Positions 12,637-25,389 of a stretch of DNA of 64,000 nt are shown piece after piece. The position numbers were made by a program, and so were the translations under genes. The notes under the pieces were generated by a model. It searched no databases. It was not told the DNA's origin and saw only the letters and a program-made list of their open reading frames with translations. Numbering within the stretch: the first letter of the stretch is position 1; every line of letters starts with the position of its first letter. Origin of the DNA: Octopus sinensis (lineage: Eukaryota); contig NC_043008.1 in assembly GCF_006345805.1 (NCBI RefSeq), positions 17,608,001 to 17,672,000 of the forward strand, written 5' to 3'.

Positions 12637-12909
12637 GTTATATTTCGGAATGGTCATTTTGCCCGTTTAGCCAATAAAAACACACGCACTATATATTTGG
12701 TGTTATTTTGCTTCAGTGTTATTTATTTTTTACATTAATCTTAATCTTATTTCGGCCAGAGTTCTTTCGTCACACTCCTGTGACCGCATAAATAAATAAG
12801 ACTAAGATTAATGTAAAAAATAAATAACACTGAAGCAAAATAACACCAAATATATAGTGCGTGTGTTTTTATTGGCTAAACTGGCAAAATGACCATTCCG
12901 AAATATAAC
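12637..12909. mobile_element. hairpin element: 116-bp inverted arms (12637-12752 / 12794-12909), probably an inverted Penelope-type terminal fragment
   Basis: Near-perfect reverse-complement arms. The loop read on the minus strand contains GTCACA-ggag-TGTGAC-GAAA..TC, a truncated hammerhead-like 3' part. Confidence 0.6.
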
Positions 12910-12971
12910 AATATCTGTTTCAACACACGACTTCACATAAAAAATCTTGCACAACAAATATTTAAACGTAC

Positions 12972-13004
<33 letters not shown>

Positions 13005-13754
13005 TATATATATATACAGAAGCAATAGAGACAGAATATAGAATATGATGTCAACGATCGTTTCGACACAACCTGCATGGCTCTGTCGTGGGTAGGAAGC
13101 TATAAATTTGATTTCGGTGAATCCTACGGTGCGAGACCATGCATCTATATAAGAGTAGGTGCTGAAAAATTCCTGATGAGGAGTTATTTTCTTTTGGTAT
13201 TTTGTCTTGTGTGTTTACGTATTTTTCACTCGTTGGTGATGTCCTGTACTTCGTATGTTTCATTTTATAAATATAAATTTTTATAAAGCCAACAGGTAGG
13301 AAAGGTGCATATATATCAATTTAACGACGTGACTTCCATAGGAACACGACCGTTTCGCAACTTTGTTCATATTGTATTCATTTAAGTAGGAATTTAATGT
13401 GAAAGCTGCAGGATTCTTTGCATTCTTCACTTATACTACTCATTTAGAGACACATTCACACACACATACACACAAACACAAGCAAACACGCGTGCACACG
13501 CACACATGTGTGTATGTGTGTGTTTATACAGATTCATACATATACTCATGGATATCATAGATTGATAGATAGATAAAGAGAGAGAGAGAGAGAAAGGTAG
13601 ACAGACATATATGTTTCTTTATTATCCACACAGGGTTGAACAAAAGGGGGGACAGACAGATGGATAGACAGACAGATAGACAGGGAGATAGATATATAGA
13701 TAGATAGATTGATTGATAGATAGACAGACAAACAGACAGACAGGCAGATAGATA

Positions 13755-13772
13755 GCTAGCTAGCTAGCTAGC

Positions 13773-13823
<51 letters not shown>

Positions 13824-13990
13824 GTAGATAGAGAGAGAGAGAGATAATAGATAGAGAGAGAGAGACAGACAGATAGATATATATATAGATAGATAGAGAG
13901 AGATAGACAGATATACAGATAGATAGATAGATAGACAGACAGATAAATAGAGAGAGGGACAGATATACAGATAGATAGATAGATAGATAA
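13755..13990. repeat. (TAGA)/(CAGA)/(AG) compound microsatellite
   Basis: Direct inspection. Confidence 0.95.
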
Positions 13991-14476
13991 AACGCATATG
14001 CATAATTGCATTTGCATACATGCAAACATGACAATAAACAGTGAAGGGACGTTGAAATATTAATGTTTTTTCCCGAGAATATGGTACGATACGCCACAGT
14101 CTATGTGAACATACCTAACGTTGTGAGTTTGCCAATTTATGCATATAATATTACAAATATAAAATCCGAAGCAAACTATGTACACACCTACATAATTCAT
14201 ATTTTCTCGTGTTGTTTATACACGTATATACTGATATCTTAATGTAATCTTACATTTCAAGGAAATCACTTCTATTCGCATGCGTACCCTCATATTTATA
14301 AATAAATGCATATGTCTCAACCACTTTTATAGTTATATGTACTTATGAGTATATATATCCATAACTACGTGTCCTCATATGCATTATACATATGCATGCA
14401 TTTGCCCGTGTGCTTCGGTTACTGACGCGTATATTATATATATTTCCCGTGAATGATAATATATTAATTTATTTAG

Positions 14477-14630
14477 ACAACTTCCCGCAATGAAGACAAC
14501 GATAAAGATGTCCATAATTTCCTACAAACTTTGAAATACCAGAATTACTTTGAAAGACACACTCATGTATTCGCAGAAAAACATAGAATCAGATATCTAC
14601 GCACCGAGACTAATAATATCGATGGTAAAT
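14477..14630 (+). other. candidate coding exon (unidentified gene)
   Basis: TTTATTTAG acceptor, 51 open codons (TTSRNEDNDKDVHNFLQTLKYQNYFERHTHVFAEKHRIRYLRTETNNIDGK), GTAAGT donor at 14631. No recognisable family. Confidence 0.3.
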
Positions 14631-15104
14631 GTAAGTCAGAATTACAATGAATAGGCGAGAGACAAAGAAAGTGTAAATCGTTATTTAAAGATCATATTTC
14701 ATAGGGCTTCCTCGGCATTTCCTGTTGATGTATATATTGCATGATTCAAACGATAATTCTCTAACTTATCGAGCTTTTATCCTTGTCAGAAATGCAGCCA
14801 TAGATGAAGAATTAGTATCGGATAAACGAGAAGAATCTGGGATCTTATCACATGGTTTCACTGTTCAAACGACTGCAATACGACCCTTTCGTTTTATAAA
14901 GGGTTGCGAATAGCTGTTAATTCCGTTGTACTTCTAACTGGTCTGAATATTAAACCTTTGCCTCTCTGTTCTGCATCACATATAATACAAAACTGCAAAA
15001 CGGCTCTTTTATTTTATAAAGGATTGGAAATGGCTATTAATTTCGTTGAACTTCTAACTTGTCTGGTTATTAGACCTTTCCATGTCTCTTGTGATTCTCT
15101 TACT

Positions 15105-15379
15105 ATCTTTTACTCTTTCACTTGTTTCAGTCATTTGACTGTGGCCATGATGGAGCAACGCCTTTAGTCGAGCAAATCGACACCACGACTTATTCTTTGT
15201 AAGCCTAGTACTTATTCTATCGGTCTCTTTTGCCGAACCGCTAGGTTACGTGGACGTAAACACACCACCATCGGTTGTCAAGCGATGTTGGAGGACAAGC
15301 ATAGACACACAAACATATACGTACATACATACATACATACATACATACATACATACATACATACATAATATATATATAT

Positions 15380-15426
<47 letters not shown>

Positions 15427-15599
15427 TTACATATATACGACGGGCTTCTTTCAGTTTCCGCCTACCAAATCCACTCACAAAACTTTAGTCGGCCCGAGGC
15501 TATAGTAAAAGACACTTGCCCTAGGTGCCACGCAGTGGAACTGAACCCGGAACAATGGGGTTGGTAATCAAGCTACTTACCTCACAGCCACTCCTACGC
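15105..15599 (-). mobile_element. full-length SINE family A
   Basis: Head GCGTAGGAGTGGCTGTG, CORE-like segment, internal (TA)/(TACA) tract, TAAAAGAGTAAAAG-type tail. Confidence 0.9.
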
Positions 15600-15840
15600 A
15601 CATATAGTATATATTAGTGATACATAAGTGTACCATGTGTGATATATATAACGGTTTTTCTTTCAACCACAAGTTATTTGCAACTTATGAAAGGAATTCT
15701 TTATATTACTTAGAACGCATGAAACCAGGGCTACAAGTTTCAAAAGTTCATTTTCATAGGTTTGTCTCAAACGTCCATGCTTTTCATACTAAAATTCTCG
15801 TCCACGCTTGTTTTCATACTAAAAGTCTGAGAGACTTTTA

Positions 15841-16029
15841 GGCGTAGGAGTGGCTGTGTGGTAAGTAGCTTGCTTCCGAACCACATGATTCCTGGTTCAT
15901 TCCCACTGCGTGGCACCTTGGGCAAGTGTCTTCTACAATAGCCTCGGGCCGACCAAAGCCTTGTGAGTGGATTTTGAAGACGGAAACTGAAAGAAGACCG
16001 TCGTATACGTATGTATGTAAGTATGTATG

Positions 16030-16096
<67 letters not shown>

Positions 16097-16320
16097 GTAT
16101 GTGTGTGTATGTGTTTGTTTGTCTGTGTTTGTCCCCCAACATCGCTTGACAACCGATGCTGGTGTGTTTACGTCCCCGTACCTTAACGGTTCGGCAAAAG
16201 ATCCCGATTGAATAAGTACTAGGCTTACAAAGATTACGTCCTGGGGTCGATTTGCTCGACTAAAGGTGATGCTCCAGCATGGCCACAGTCAAATCACTGA
16301 AACATGTAAAAGAGTAAAGA
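15841..16320 (+). mobile_element. full-length SINE family A
   Basis: GGCGTAGGAGTGGCTGTGTGGTAAG...GGCACCTTGGGCAAGTGTCTTC...internal microsatellite...GAAACATGTAAAAGAG. Confidence 0.92.
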
Positions 16321-17024
16321 ATAGAAGACACACGTGTAGAGTAAAGCAAGAGAAGTTGGAACCCTAGACCCGGTGGCTGCGAACCTAACTCCTTAACCAA
16401 CCAACTACGTCAGTACCTTTCTTTTTATCAATAAGTCGATGGATAGTGCAACAGCACGTTGTTAAAGATGAATATGTCTCTCTGCGTTGCCGCATCTACT
16501 AATAATAGACTCAATATTTGATCAATTGTTGTTCAGTCGTCAATTACTTAATTGCTTAATTGTTTAATTTATGGTTCTTCAATAATAATATCTGACTTTC
16601 TTAGCGACCTCTATGAAATTGAAGATTATCATACCGATACATTGTATTAAATGGATCTCACGTAGCGATACAGAAATAAATGAATGAATTCAGAAAATGC
16701 ATTTTTTCACTCACTTGCACTGAGTTACTACACCTGCCTTTAGTCTCTCTTATAACTTTAGGATCCATGCCAACATGATATATTCGGAATGTAAACGTAT
16801 TTCTAAGTGCGATGATAAACCTTACTAAGGATTTTTCAAAATGGCGCTGTGAAATAAATCGATTATATTGACTTCAATACACGTGTTTGATTTTGGAATT
16901 TGATTTATGTACTTGATTATGTATTTGATCTATGAATTCATAGCTGTCACATCAATGAGTTGCGCTTTTTTGGCAAATCACAGTTTTTACATAGTAAACA
17001 ATAGCATGTATTCTAATTTGGTAC

Positions 17025-17330
17025 ATCGTTCGTACATTCCGAATCCCGATTTTTGTTGTAGCTCTGGCTCTCAGAATCGAGTGCTTCGTAGCCATAATAT
17101 TCTTTAGGTTTTGATTATGGCCCATCACAAGTAGCGGTTCTCCGATGCCTTCTTTGGTATGTTGATCGCTCTTCTGAATTTTTCCTGTCATTTCTTTTAA
17201 GGTACTTCATTTGTAGATGGCAGCGCTGTTGTCTGCCCCCAAAACTTACTGCCTATTTCTCTGGGCATGGGACGGGCAACGTCCGTCACAGAACGCACTG
17301 TGAAGCACAGGAGGGCCTAAAGCTAATAAA
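17025..17330 (-). mobile_element. possible 5' end of an RTE-like LINE (5' UTR plus start of AP endonuclease)
   Basis: Minus ORF ...SILRARATTKIGIRNVRTMYQ resembles the APE N-terminal IGTWNVRTM motif. Confidence 0.5.
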
Positions 17331-18031
17331 TAAATATATAAAAAAATAAAAAAAGAACATGTACAAGCTCAAGGCCCTTGGCGAGCTAGCTAATTAACGG
17401 TATCAATTAATTGCCATTAACATATTTGGTTGGGTGCTTATGTTAGAAACGGTCTATTCGTCTCAGAAAATTAGAAGCAAGTGGCAGTAGCGATAAATTA
17501 GCCGGCAAAATGGTAGCAATATTTACATACTTCCCTTCGGTTTCTGAGTTCAAATGCCACCGTAGCCCTCTCTTTCACTCTCCATTCAAGTTCCATCAAA
17601 TTTCCTAGCTTTCAGCTTCCAAGATTGAATTAATTGAATACACACCTACTCAAAAATGTAAACCACTTTTCTAAAACTTAGTATTTATCTAAATAAAATG
17701 CAGCTAGGTCAAAGAAACAAGACAGCACTACCGAAATCAATTAACTGCAGTTTAGACTTTTCCTTTAATTATAATTGATATTCGATTTATCGAATATACT
17801 CCATTACATTCCACATTTAATCTCTGATTCATTTTCTGACATCAAAACTTATGTGAGGAAGAGTGGATGAGATTTCCAAATATCTATAAAGATGTAGGCG
17901 TGATACTTCGCCACTACATTAATAAACATATTGAAAGTAGTTTTAATGTGAACTTGTCATTTTCGGTTTTAATGTTTAATCCTTGAGCTGCTGGTATTTG
18001 TAAATAAAATATTTGCACCTATCAATATAAA

Positions 18032-18410
18032 ATAATAATAATGAAATTATTGTACACAGTGCTCAGGTGCACCACAACTTGTCAAAAAGTGCGTATAAAG
18101 TATATGCAGTAATGTACAAATGTCTGGAAAGCGAACAGTGTATGAGTCAGATACATGATTGCGTGCGTATGGAGGGGAGAAAATCAGGTGTAGTGTTGGC
18201 GAATCTCAGGAAGCATGGAAGCTTTGAAGGATGTAGTGCTCCGACAACTAACAACTGATGCCGGCAGTTTGTTCCATGCTTCAGCAACTCTTAGCCTGAA
18301 AAAATGTTTCCGAAAGTCATGGAAGCTGTGCTGTTTTCTGACTTTGTAAACATGTCCACGGGTGTTAGACAGGTGGAGTTTGAAAAGTTACTCCGAGTTA
18401 TTGTTATGTT
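18032..18410 (-). mobile_element. 3' end of a CR1/L2-type LINE
   Basis: Minus strand reads ..NTRGHVYKVRKQHSFHDFRKHFFRLRVAEAWNKLPASVVSCRSTTSFKASMLPEIRQHYT* (TRGH..FF..RV..WN.LP motif), with a (TTA)n tail. Confidence 0.82.
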
Positions 18411-18654
18411 AAATAAAATTCTAAGAACAATCTTTGGGTAACAATCTAAAATAAACAACTCAACTAGAAAATCTTCTACGAATTCACACGACATGATAAC
18501 GTATCATCTCATTAAAAAAAAAAATGGAAGGACATATTGGATAATTTAGTTTATAGATTCACCATGATTGAAAAATAAAGACCAAAAGTGTCATAACTGG
18601 AAGACCCTTGGTCATCTGTCTGACCAGTAAAAGATGGTTTAGAGCTCAACATTG

Positions 18655-19012
18655 ACTACAGCCATTTCTCCAGCTCCAAGTTCATTACAAACATAATTAC
18701 ACATTCGTACTGACCCTACGGCACTTAGTCGGTTAAGACGACGTGGAGTTTAGCTGATCCGATCAACTGAACGATCTGATCGTGAAATTAATGTTCAAGT
18801 GGCTGAGTATTCCACAAACATGGGTAACCTTCATTTAGTTCTCAGGCATCTTCAGCGTGACAGAGGATGTGAGAATGATGGTCCTTTTGAAATAAAGGTA
18901 CAACTAATTTTTGCTAGGTAAATGGACTGGAATAACGTGAAATAAAATATATTGCTCAAGTACACTACCCACCGTCAGGAATCGAACTCACAGCTTTACA
19001 ATCTTGAGCCGC
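18655..19012 (-). mobile_element. old SINE family B copy
   Basis: Reverse complement of the 39160-39340 domain (GTGAAATTAA..AAGTGGCTGAG..CAGCGTGAC) plus tRNA-like head GGAATCGAACTC. Confidence 0.65.
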
Positions 19013-19962
19013 ATGTAAACACACTCACGCATACATGTGTTTGTACATGTGTTTTTATGTATGTTTTGCATGTATGTGTGTAGGTGTAATTATAAGGCGA
19101 GAGAGAGAGAGAGAGAGGGGGAGAAAATACTTCTTTTTTAAGCCTGTAAGTTATAAAGCCGATCCATTTGAGCAGACGACGAATTTTGATAGCATTCTCT
19201 TATCTAATATTGCATAAAAAAAATTGAATATAACGTACATATCATGTTTGGTAGTTAACAATGAATCATGGTATTGTTGCTTACGAAACCTTTCATTCCT
19301 TGTTCTTACATTTGAACGTTTCTTTACTTCTTTGATTGTGTTTGAACGTGTGTTTGTGTGAGTGTGAGTATGTGTGTGCGTCTGTGTGTATTCAACTCAG
19401 TTTGTACTCCAGCGCTAGTTAAAAACATCTGCATCGTTGGTATTCTCTTCTCTTTCTATAAATGATAGTTCAGAACGAACGTCAGAGCAGCTCTGCACTC
19501 ATCGTTGGCCAATCCGCTTTGCTGTGGGTCCATTATAATAAAAGAAGCTTAATGTAAAGCTTGAGATGCATTTCTTTGCTGAATTAATCAGGATCCTATG
19601 ATATTTCGTGTTATTTTATTTCAGGGTAATTATAATATTTACTAATGGAACGAGCTCGCTAAGTAACCGATGTTTAATACAATTTGAACCATGGTGTTTG
19701 TTATCATATTTTCTTTTCTGTCTCTAATATCTTCATTGGCTTTTGACAAATGTCTATTATTTCCAGAAACGAAGCTACGGTTATAGGAGCGGGTACCCAC
19801 ATTGCTATCAGAAACAAGCAGCCTTATCGGATTTCCTTCTAAAAATATGACAAGCAGGTCAATTTGTTTTCTTAATTTAAAGCGATCTCTTGCCAGACAG
19901 TTAGCTGCCAAACAAAACGTAGTGAGACAGTTTCCTTCGTGCATTTTTACTCGTCAACTTTA

Positions 19963-20527
19963 CGGGTTGTCCGGAAAGTTCTTGCCGATTTTAAGAGGAA
20001 AATAAAAGATCAATAAATACTTGTCATTACATTTTTAATCAACCAAATATGAACCATTTTGTTGCACAATGCGTCTCCATCTTTCCTTTAACTTGAAAAT
20101 ATCCTCTACCCTCAATTGATGTGGCTTCATGGCAAAGAATTCATCGAGGTATCCATTTACGTCATCCAAGGAATTGAAATTTTTACCATTAAGACTATTC
20201 TGCAGAGACCTGAATATGTGAAAATCCGAAGGAGCAATATCTGGTGAATATGGAGGGTGGAGTAACACACCCCAGCCGAGCTGCAGCAATTTTTGTTTGG
20301 TTCCCAAAGCATCAAGTGCCGAAAATGAACTTTCTTTTATTCTATTTTAAAGGGTTACAGAATTAACACAAGTTATAGGAACATAAACCTTCTTTCACGA
20401 AAAGATATCTTATACTGTACTCTAAATGGAGGTGTAGTCAAATCCAATTTCATGGAGTCAACCATGTTCTAATATAAGTTGAAAGGTAAGCTACTATAAA
20501 TCGGTACGAACTTTCCGGACAACCCAA
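19963..20527 (-). mobile_element. internally deleted mariner (~565 bp) with both TIRs
   Basis: TIR GGGTTGTCCGGAAAGTTC(T/G)T(G/A)CCGATTT at both ends, TA at the flanks. Transposase C-terminus HPPYSPDIAPSDFHIFRSLQNSL fused to an N-terminal KKVHFRHLML fragment. Confidence 0.92.
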
Positions 20528-20814
20528 TACATATGCAGTATTGTTATCATTCATGTGCGAATACATTTAAAAGCTTTTCAGTCCAATTTCCATTGCACCA
20601 TTTGAAGGGAATATTGGTAACCTGAATTGAGTGGAGTTAATTTTAGTCAGTGTCTTATATTGAAATTAGGCAAACACAAATTCATCCTTATATCTACGAA
20701 TAAGACCGGCGAGCTTTGCTTAGCGCCAATATAACTGTGACTCAGAGTATCTACGATTACAACTCTTTCAATAGTTATCATAACGTTTTGTTATACATAT
20801 TTAAGACTGCCCTT

Positions 20815-21032
20815 TTTTCTTCTTTTTACTTGTTTCAGTCATTTGACTGTGGCCATGCTGGAGCACCGCCTTTAGTCGAGCAAAATCTACCCCAGGACTT
20901 ATTCTTTGGAAGCCTAGTACTTATTCTATCGGTCTGTTTTGCCGAACCGTTAAGCTACGGGTACGTAAACACACCATCATCGGTTAGGGAGACAAACACA
21001 GACACACAAACATATACAGACACACACACACA

Positions 21033-21093
<61 letters not shown>

Positions 21094-21249
21094 ATCCAAA
21101 CATGAACAAAGAGTAAACACAATAACGCGAGGTAAGAAATAAGGTGGATGTAACGTTTCGAGCGGAGCTCTTTGTCAGAAACATAGAAAAAAGGAAAGGT
21201 CCAAGGATGGGGAGACGGAAAAAGAAAATCGCCAACGATACACAGGCGG

Positions 21250-21296
<47 letters not shown>

Positions 21297-21462
21297 TATG
21301 ACAGGCTTCTTACAGTTTCCGTCTAGTAAATCCACTCACAAGGCTTTGGTCGGCCCGAGGCTATAGCAGAAGACACTTGCCCAAGGTGCCACGCAATAGG
21401 ACTGAACCCGGAACCATGTAGTTCGTAAGCAAGGTACTTACCCCACAGCTACTCCTACGCCT
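20815..21462 (-). mobile_element. SINE family A split by an insertion in its internal microsatellite
   Basis: 3' half 20815-21015, 5' half 21297-21462. Confidence 0.88.
21090..21251 (-). mobile_element. Penelope-type terminal-repeat fragment, family 1, hammerhead motif at 21148-21184
   Basis: Minus CTGACAA-A-GAGCtccGCTC-GAAACGTT; same ends as the other family-1 copies. Confidence 0.72.
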
Positions 21463-22506
21463 ATTGCATCAACCCAGACGTTCTTTCCATATTCAACAGA
21501 GTAATTAGTAATTATTAATTTTCGGTGATATTCTGCAATACTTTCAATGGAAAGAACTATATGACTTGTTTTATCTTGTATCATATCTTTGTTGCCCACT
21601 TTCAATTTCAAGTTCCATAAAATACAATACTTTTAATTTAATAAAATACAGAACTTGGCCCAATGTGTTCTGAAAATATCTGAATATTAGTGATCTGTAT
21701 CATAGGCAGAATCTCATACATTTTGAGGCAGAATTATACTCGATTAAAGCCAACCACAGTCTTTGACTTTATTTATGTTATATGACACAGATATGCCAAG
21801 CGAATTCGCCAGAACATTATTTTTGCCCTCTACTCTATCAACCCTTTCTTTCACTGCCTTTAGATATCTCGATGTTAATAGCATGTACAAATGCAAGACA
21901 ATTATTAATTCAATGAAACAATATGTTTTTCTACGTACATGCATGCATACATAATACATAAATATACGCATTATTACACTAGACATATTTACATACACAC
22001 ATTCCTGGTGGTATGTATGAATGCTAGCCTGTGCGTAAAATAGTCGATAATACAATCTTTAAGGCTGTGCTTAAATTAATGAACACTAAAATTAAACTGT
22101 GTATGTAATCAATATTTTAATGGAAAAAATAATTAGAGAAATCTGAATAAACAAATTTTAACAAGAATAAATAGATAAAATAAAGTAATTCATAACAAAA
22201 AAGAAAATAAATATTAAAAATCAGCGATAAAGGAATAATGATTAGAGGATTTTTAAAATTAATTTCAGTGTCTTGTATGTAACAATTAATTAGAGTAACA
22301 TCTCCGCATTCCAAAATTTTCAAATTTCATTTCATGAATTAATTGACATGTATATAAAAAAAAAAACATACCAGTAATTCTGAAAGGAAAGTCAAGTTTA
22401 TATTAATTCAATGTGATTAATTATTTAAGTCGGTTTTTTTAAACTTTTCTCTTTTGCACGAGTATAACATAATCACCTTTGTTGGTAATATATGTCTTAC
22501 TCACTT

Positions 22507-23092
22507 AAGGGGGTGAGCTGGCAGAATCGTTAGCATGTACGGTAAATGCTTAGCGGCATTTTGTCCACTTTTACGTACCAACGAGTTCAAATTCAAATAC
22601 CACCGAGGTTAACTTCACCTTTCGCAGTCGATAAAATAAGTACCAGTTAAAAACTGGGGTCGATCTAATCGATTTACCACCTCTCTCAAAGTTGCTGGGC
22701 TTGTGGCAAAATTTGAACCAATATATTTGATACCCACTAAAGGCGGTGAGCTGGCAGAAGCGTTAGCATGCCGGGCGAAATGCCTAGCGGTATTTCGTCT
22801 GTCATTACGTTCTGAGTTCAAATTCCGCCGAGGGCGACTTTGCCTTTCATCCTTTCGGGGTCGATTAAATAAGTACCAGTTACGCACTAGGGTCGATATA
22901 ATCGACTTAATCCGTTTGACTGTCCTTCTTTGTCTCCTCTCTGTTCATCCCCTTGTGGGCAGTAAAGAAATAAGAAATGTTAGCATACCATGCAAAGTGT
23001 TTAGCCACGTTTCAACCGTCTTTACGTGCTAAGTTCAAATACCGCCAGGTTGACTTTTCCTTTCATCCTTGCGGGACCAATAAAATAAATAC
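22507..23092 (+). mobile_element. cluster of three tRNA-derived SINE family C copies (22507-22715, 22739-22978, 22973-23092)
   Basis: GGCGGTGAGCTGGCAGAA head, GAGTTCAAATTCC B box, GTCGATAAATTAAGTACCAG body. Confidence 0.85.
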
Positions 23093-23413
23093 TTACTCGG
23101 AAGTCTATTTTAAATGTATTAAGCCGTTCAACTGTTGATTTCTCATTTAATATCACCATTTTGAACAAGCCAGTATATTTTTGCATATGAATTAAGGACA
23201 TATTTCATCTGTGACTGCAACGAAAATGGACATTTTTCAGTTTTTTATTTTTATTCTTACGTGTTCTCTCAGGTTGTTACGAAGGCAAGTACTTTCTTCA
23301 TTTTTTAATGTGAAAGGAAGGCAGTGTCCATGAATTTTTTTCAGGATCTTCAATACTTCTGAGATGGACGGAAGAAGATATTCTAGAACCGGAAATCTTG
23401 CAAGAGGTTAACG

Positions 23414-25350
23414 TTTGAGTGTACTTCACTGAAGTTACCCAAGTTACCAGGTGATGATGTGAAACCGGGTGTAAGTTTAAATAAGTCTACCGCTCAACCA
23501 AACTATGATGTAGGTTGAACGCAGAATGCAAAATAGATACAGCAATACATCATGTCCAACGTTCTACAGTCCTGAAATTACATCGTTTAGGTTTTGAAAT
23601 ATTTTATCAATCTTAAGATAATATTAGAAATTGAAAGGCATTTCAACACAGAACTTAAGGAATCAGAAAAAAAACTAGAACTATTCTATCCGACACCCTT
23701 AAGAGTCTGCTAATTCGCTATCTTTTGTAGCTGCTATATAAGTAAATTAAAACCAGGGTGTGAACTGTCTTTCTTCACCCAGAAACTTGCTACTGTAGTC
23801 CTCAGATCTGAATAAGAAATACGGGTTTTAGTTTTTGACAAGCACTGTATTCCCATATATTATAGGTGATGGATATGTAGTAAATACAAGAGTTGTAAAG
23901 GAAAAACAATTGTTCCGTTGATATTTAAAACAGAATTGCGATCTCATCTGTTCAGTTTATCTTTTCTCCTTTGACAAACAGTATTCTTGCGTATAATTTT
24001 GTTTATATATATGTGTGTGTGTAAAGATCTTTTGCTTTTGGGGGCCAAAACAGAAATGAACATAAAATTTTATTACCAACCAAGTACTGCTATCATCTTA
24101 TTCCTTATTTTTGTTTATCTTTCCCTAAAAACTTCGTGGCATTACAACTGTGTAATCAAAATCATTATTTGCCTCAATGAGTTAGACCGACTTCAAAGAT
24201 TATATATAACTTAGAAGAACGCACCACGTTAAGATATTACTCATTCCTTTGCAGCTTTCACTATACATGCTTAGGTAACATGCTGAAGAAAAAAATGAAA
24301 AAAATTAAGAGTTGTTTATTAGAACAGATTTTGATATCCGTAATATGTGTTGCCGAATTACTACCAAAGCTTGCTCATTTTACGTAATAGCATCTTGGAT
24401 AAGACAAGATCTGTTCGAATCCAACTAAACAAATACTGTGTGAGTGCGTTTCAGCAGAAACAACAATCCGAATAATTTTGGTGCACCCTGAATCGCATCG
24501 AATATAATGTATGATATTTCTGCAATTAATTTTAACAACCTCACATGCTGTGCAGCGCTGGGGAAACATTTATATAATCGATTGATTGTGACTGGTTTGA
24601 AAATGGGTAATTTGAAGAGTAACCAGGAATAATTTCGAATGCACTGATCTATGAAGTTCGTAAAATGTGGCGCTCGGAATACCGGTAGATGAAATATGGC
24701 CTTTTAGCAAGATTGAATGTACTTCGTTAAAGTTACCCAAGTCAGCAAGTGGTGTTGTGAAATCGGGTGAAAGACTAAATGAGTCTACCACCCAACCAAA
24801 CTCTTATGTAGTTTGAACGTAGACCGCAAAGAACCAAAAAAAGATACCACAACATATGCTATCCCATGCTTTACATTCCTGCGATTCCACCGCTCTGATG
24901 TTGTATATTTTAATCGATTTTAAAAGAATAAAAGGAGAATTTGAAAGGTCTTTCAAATCAGAATGTAAAGAAGCAGAAAAAAAATTAGAATATTTTATCC
25001 GACATATTAAGTACCTACAAATTTTCTGTCTTGAGAAGCTGTTACATAAGGGCGAGAATTCTCTTTCTTCAACTAGAAACTCACTACTTTTCTGCCGTCC
25101 TCAGGTCTGCATATGAAATAAGGGTTTCAATTTTTGTAAATGAAATAAGGGTTTCAATTTCTGCAAGTGGTCTATGGCCTCTCATTTGAGGGGAGAGGTA
25201 CATAGTAAACAAAAGAGTTACAACAAGTAAGAGTGTTTGTTTCAATTGATATTTAAAACAGAATTGTGATCTCATCTTATCAGTTGTTTATCTTTTTCCC
25301 ATTGGCAAAAGTATTCTTGCATATAATGTTATATATATATGGTGCGCCCC

Positions 25351-25389
<39 letters not shown>

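Noticed and set aside
13020-13400. CTGATGAG at ~13173 and GAAACG(A/G)TC motifs on the minus strand suggesting further hammerheads
   Set aside because: Core halves are not linked by pairable stems; possibly decayed Penelope termini but not supportable.
19480-19545. CCAAT plus TATA-like spacing as a promoter
   Set aside because: Short motifs common in AT-rich DNA; no downstream exon could be tied to them.
24856-25116. Helical-looking ORF with a paralogous stretch in the duplicated unit (IDFKRIK..EKKLEYF vs INLKII..EKKLELF)
   Set aside because: By hand count about 4 synonymous versus about 16 non-synonymous changes, plus frame breaks in unit 1; consistent with neutral divergence.
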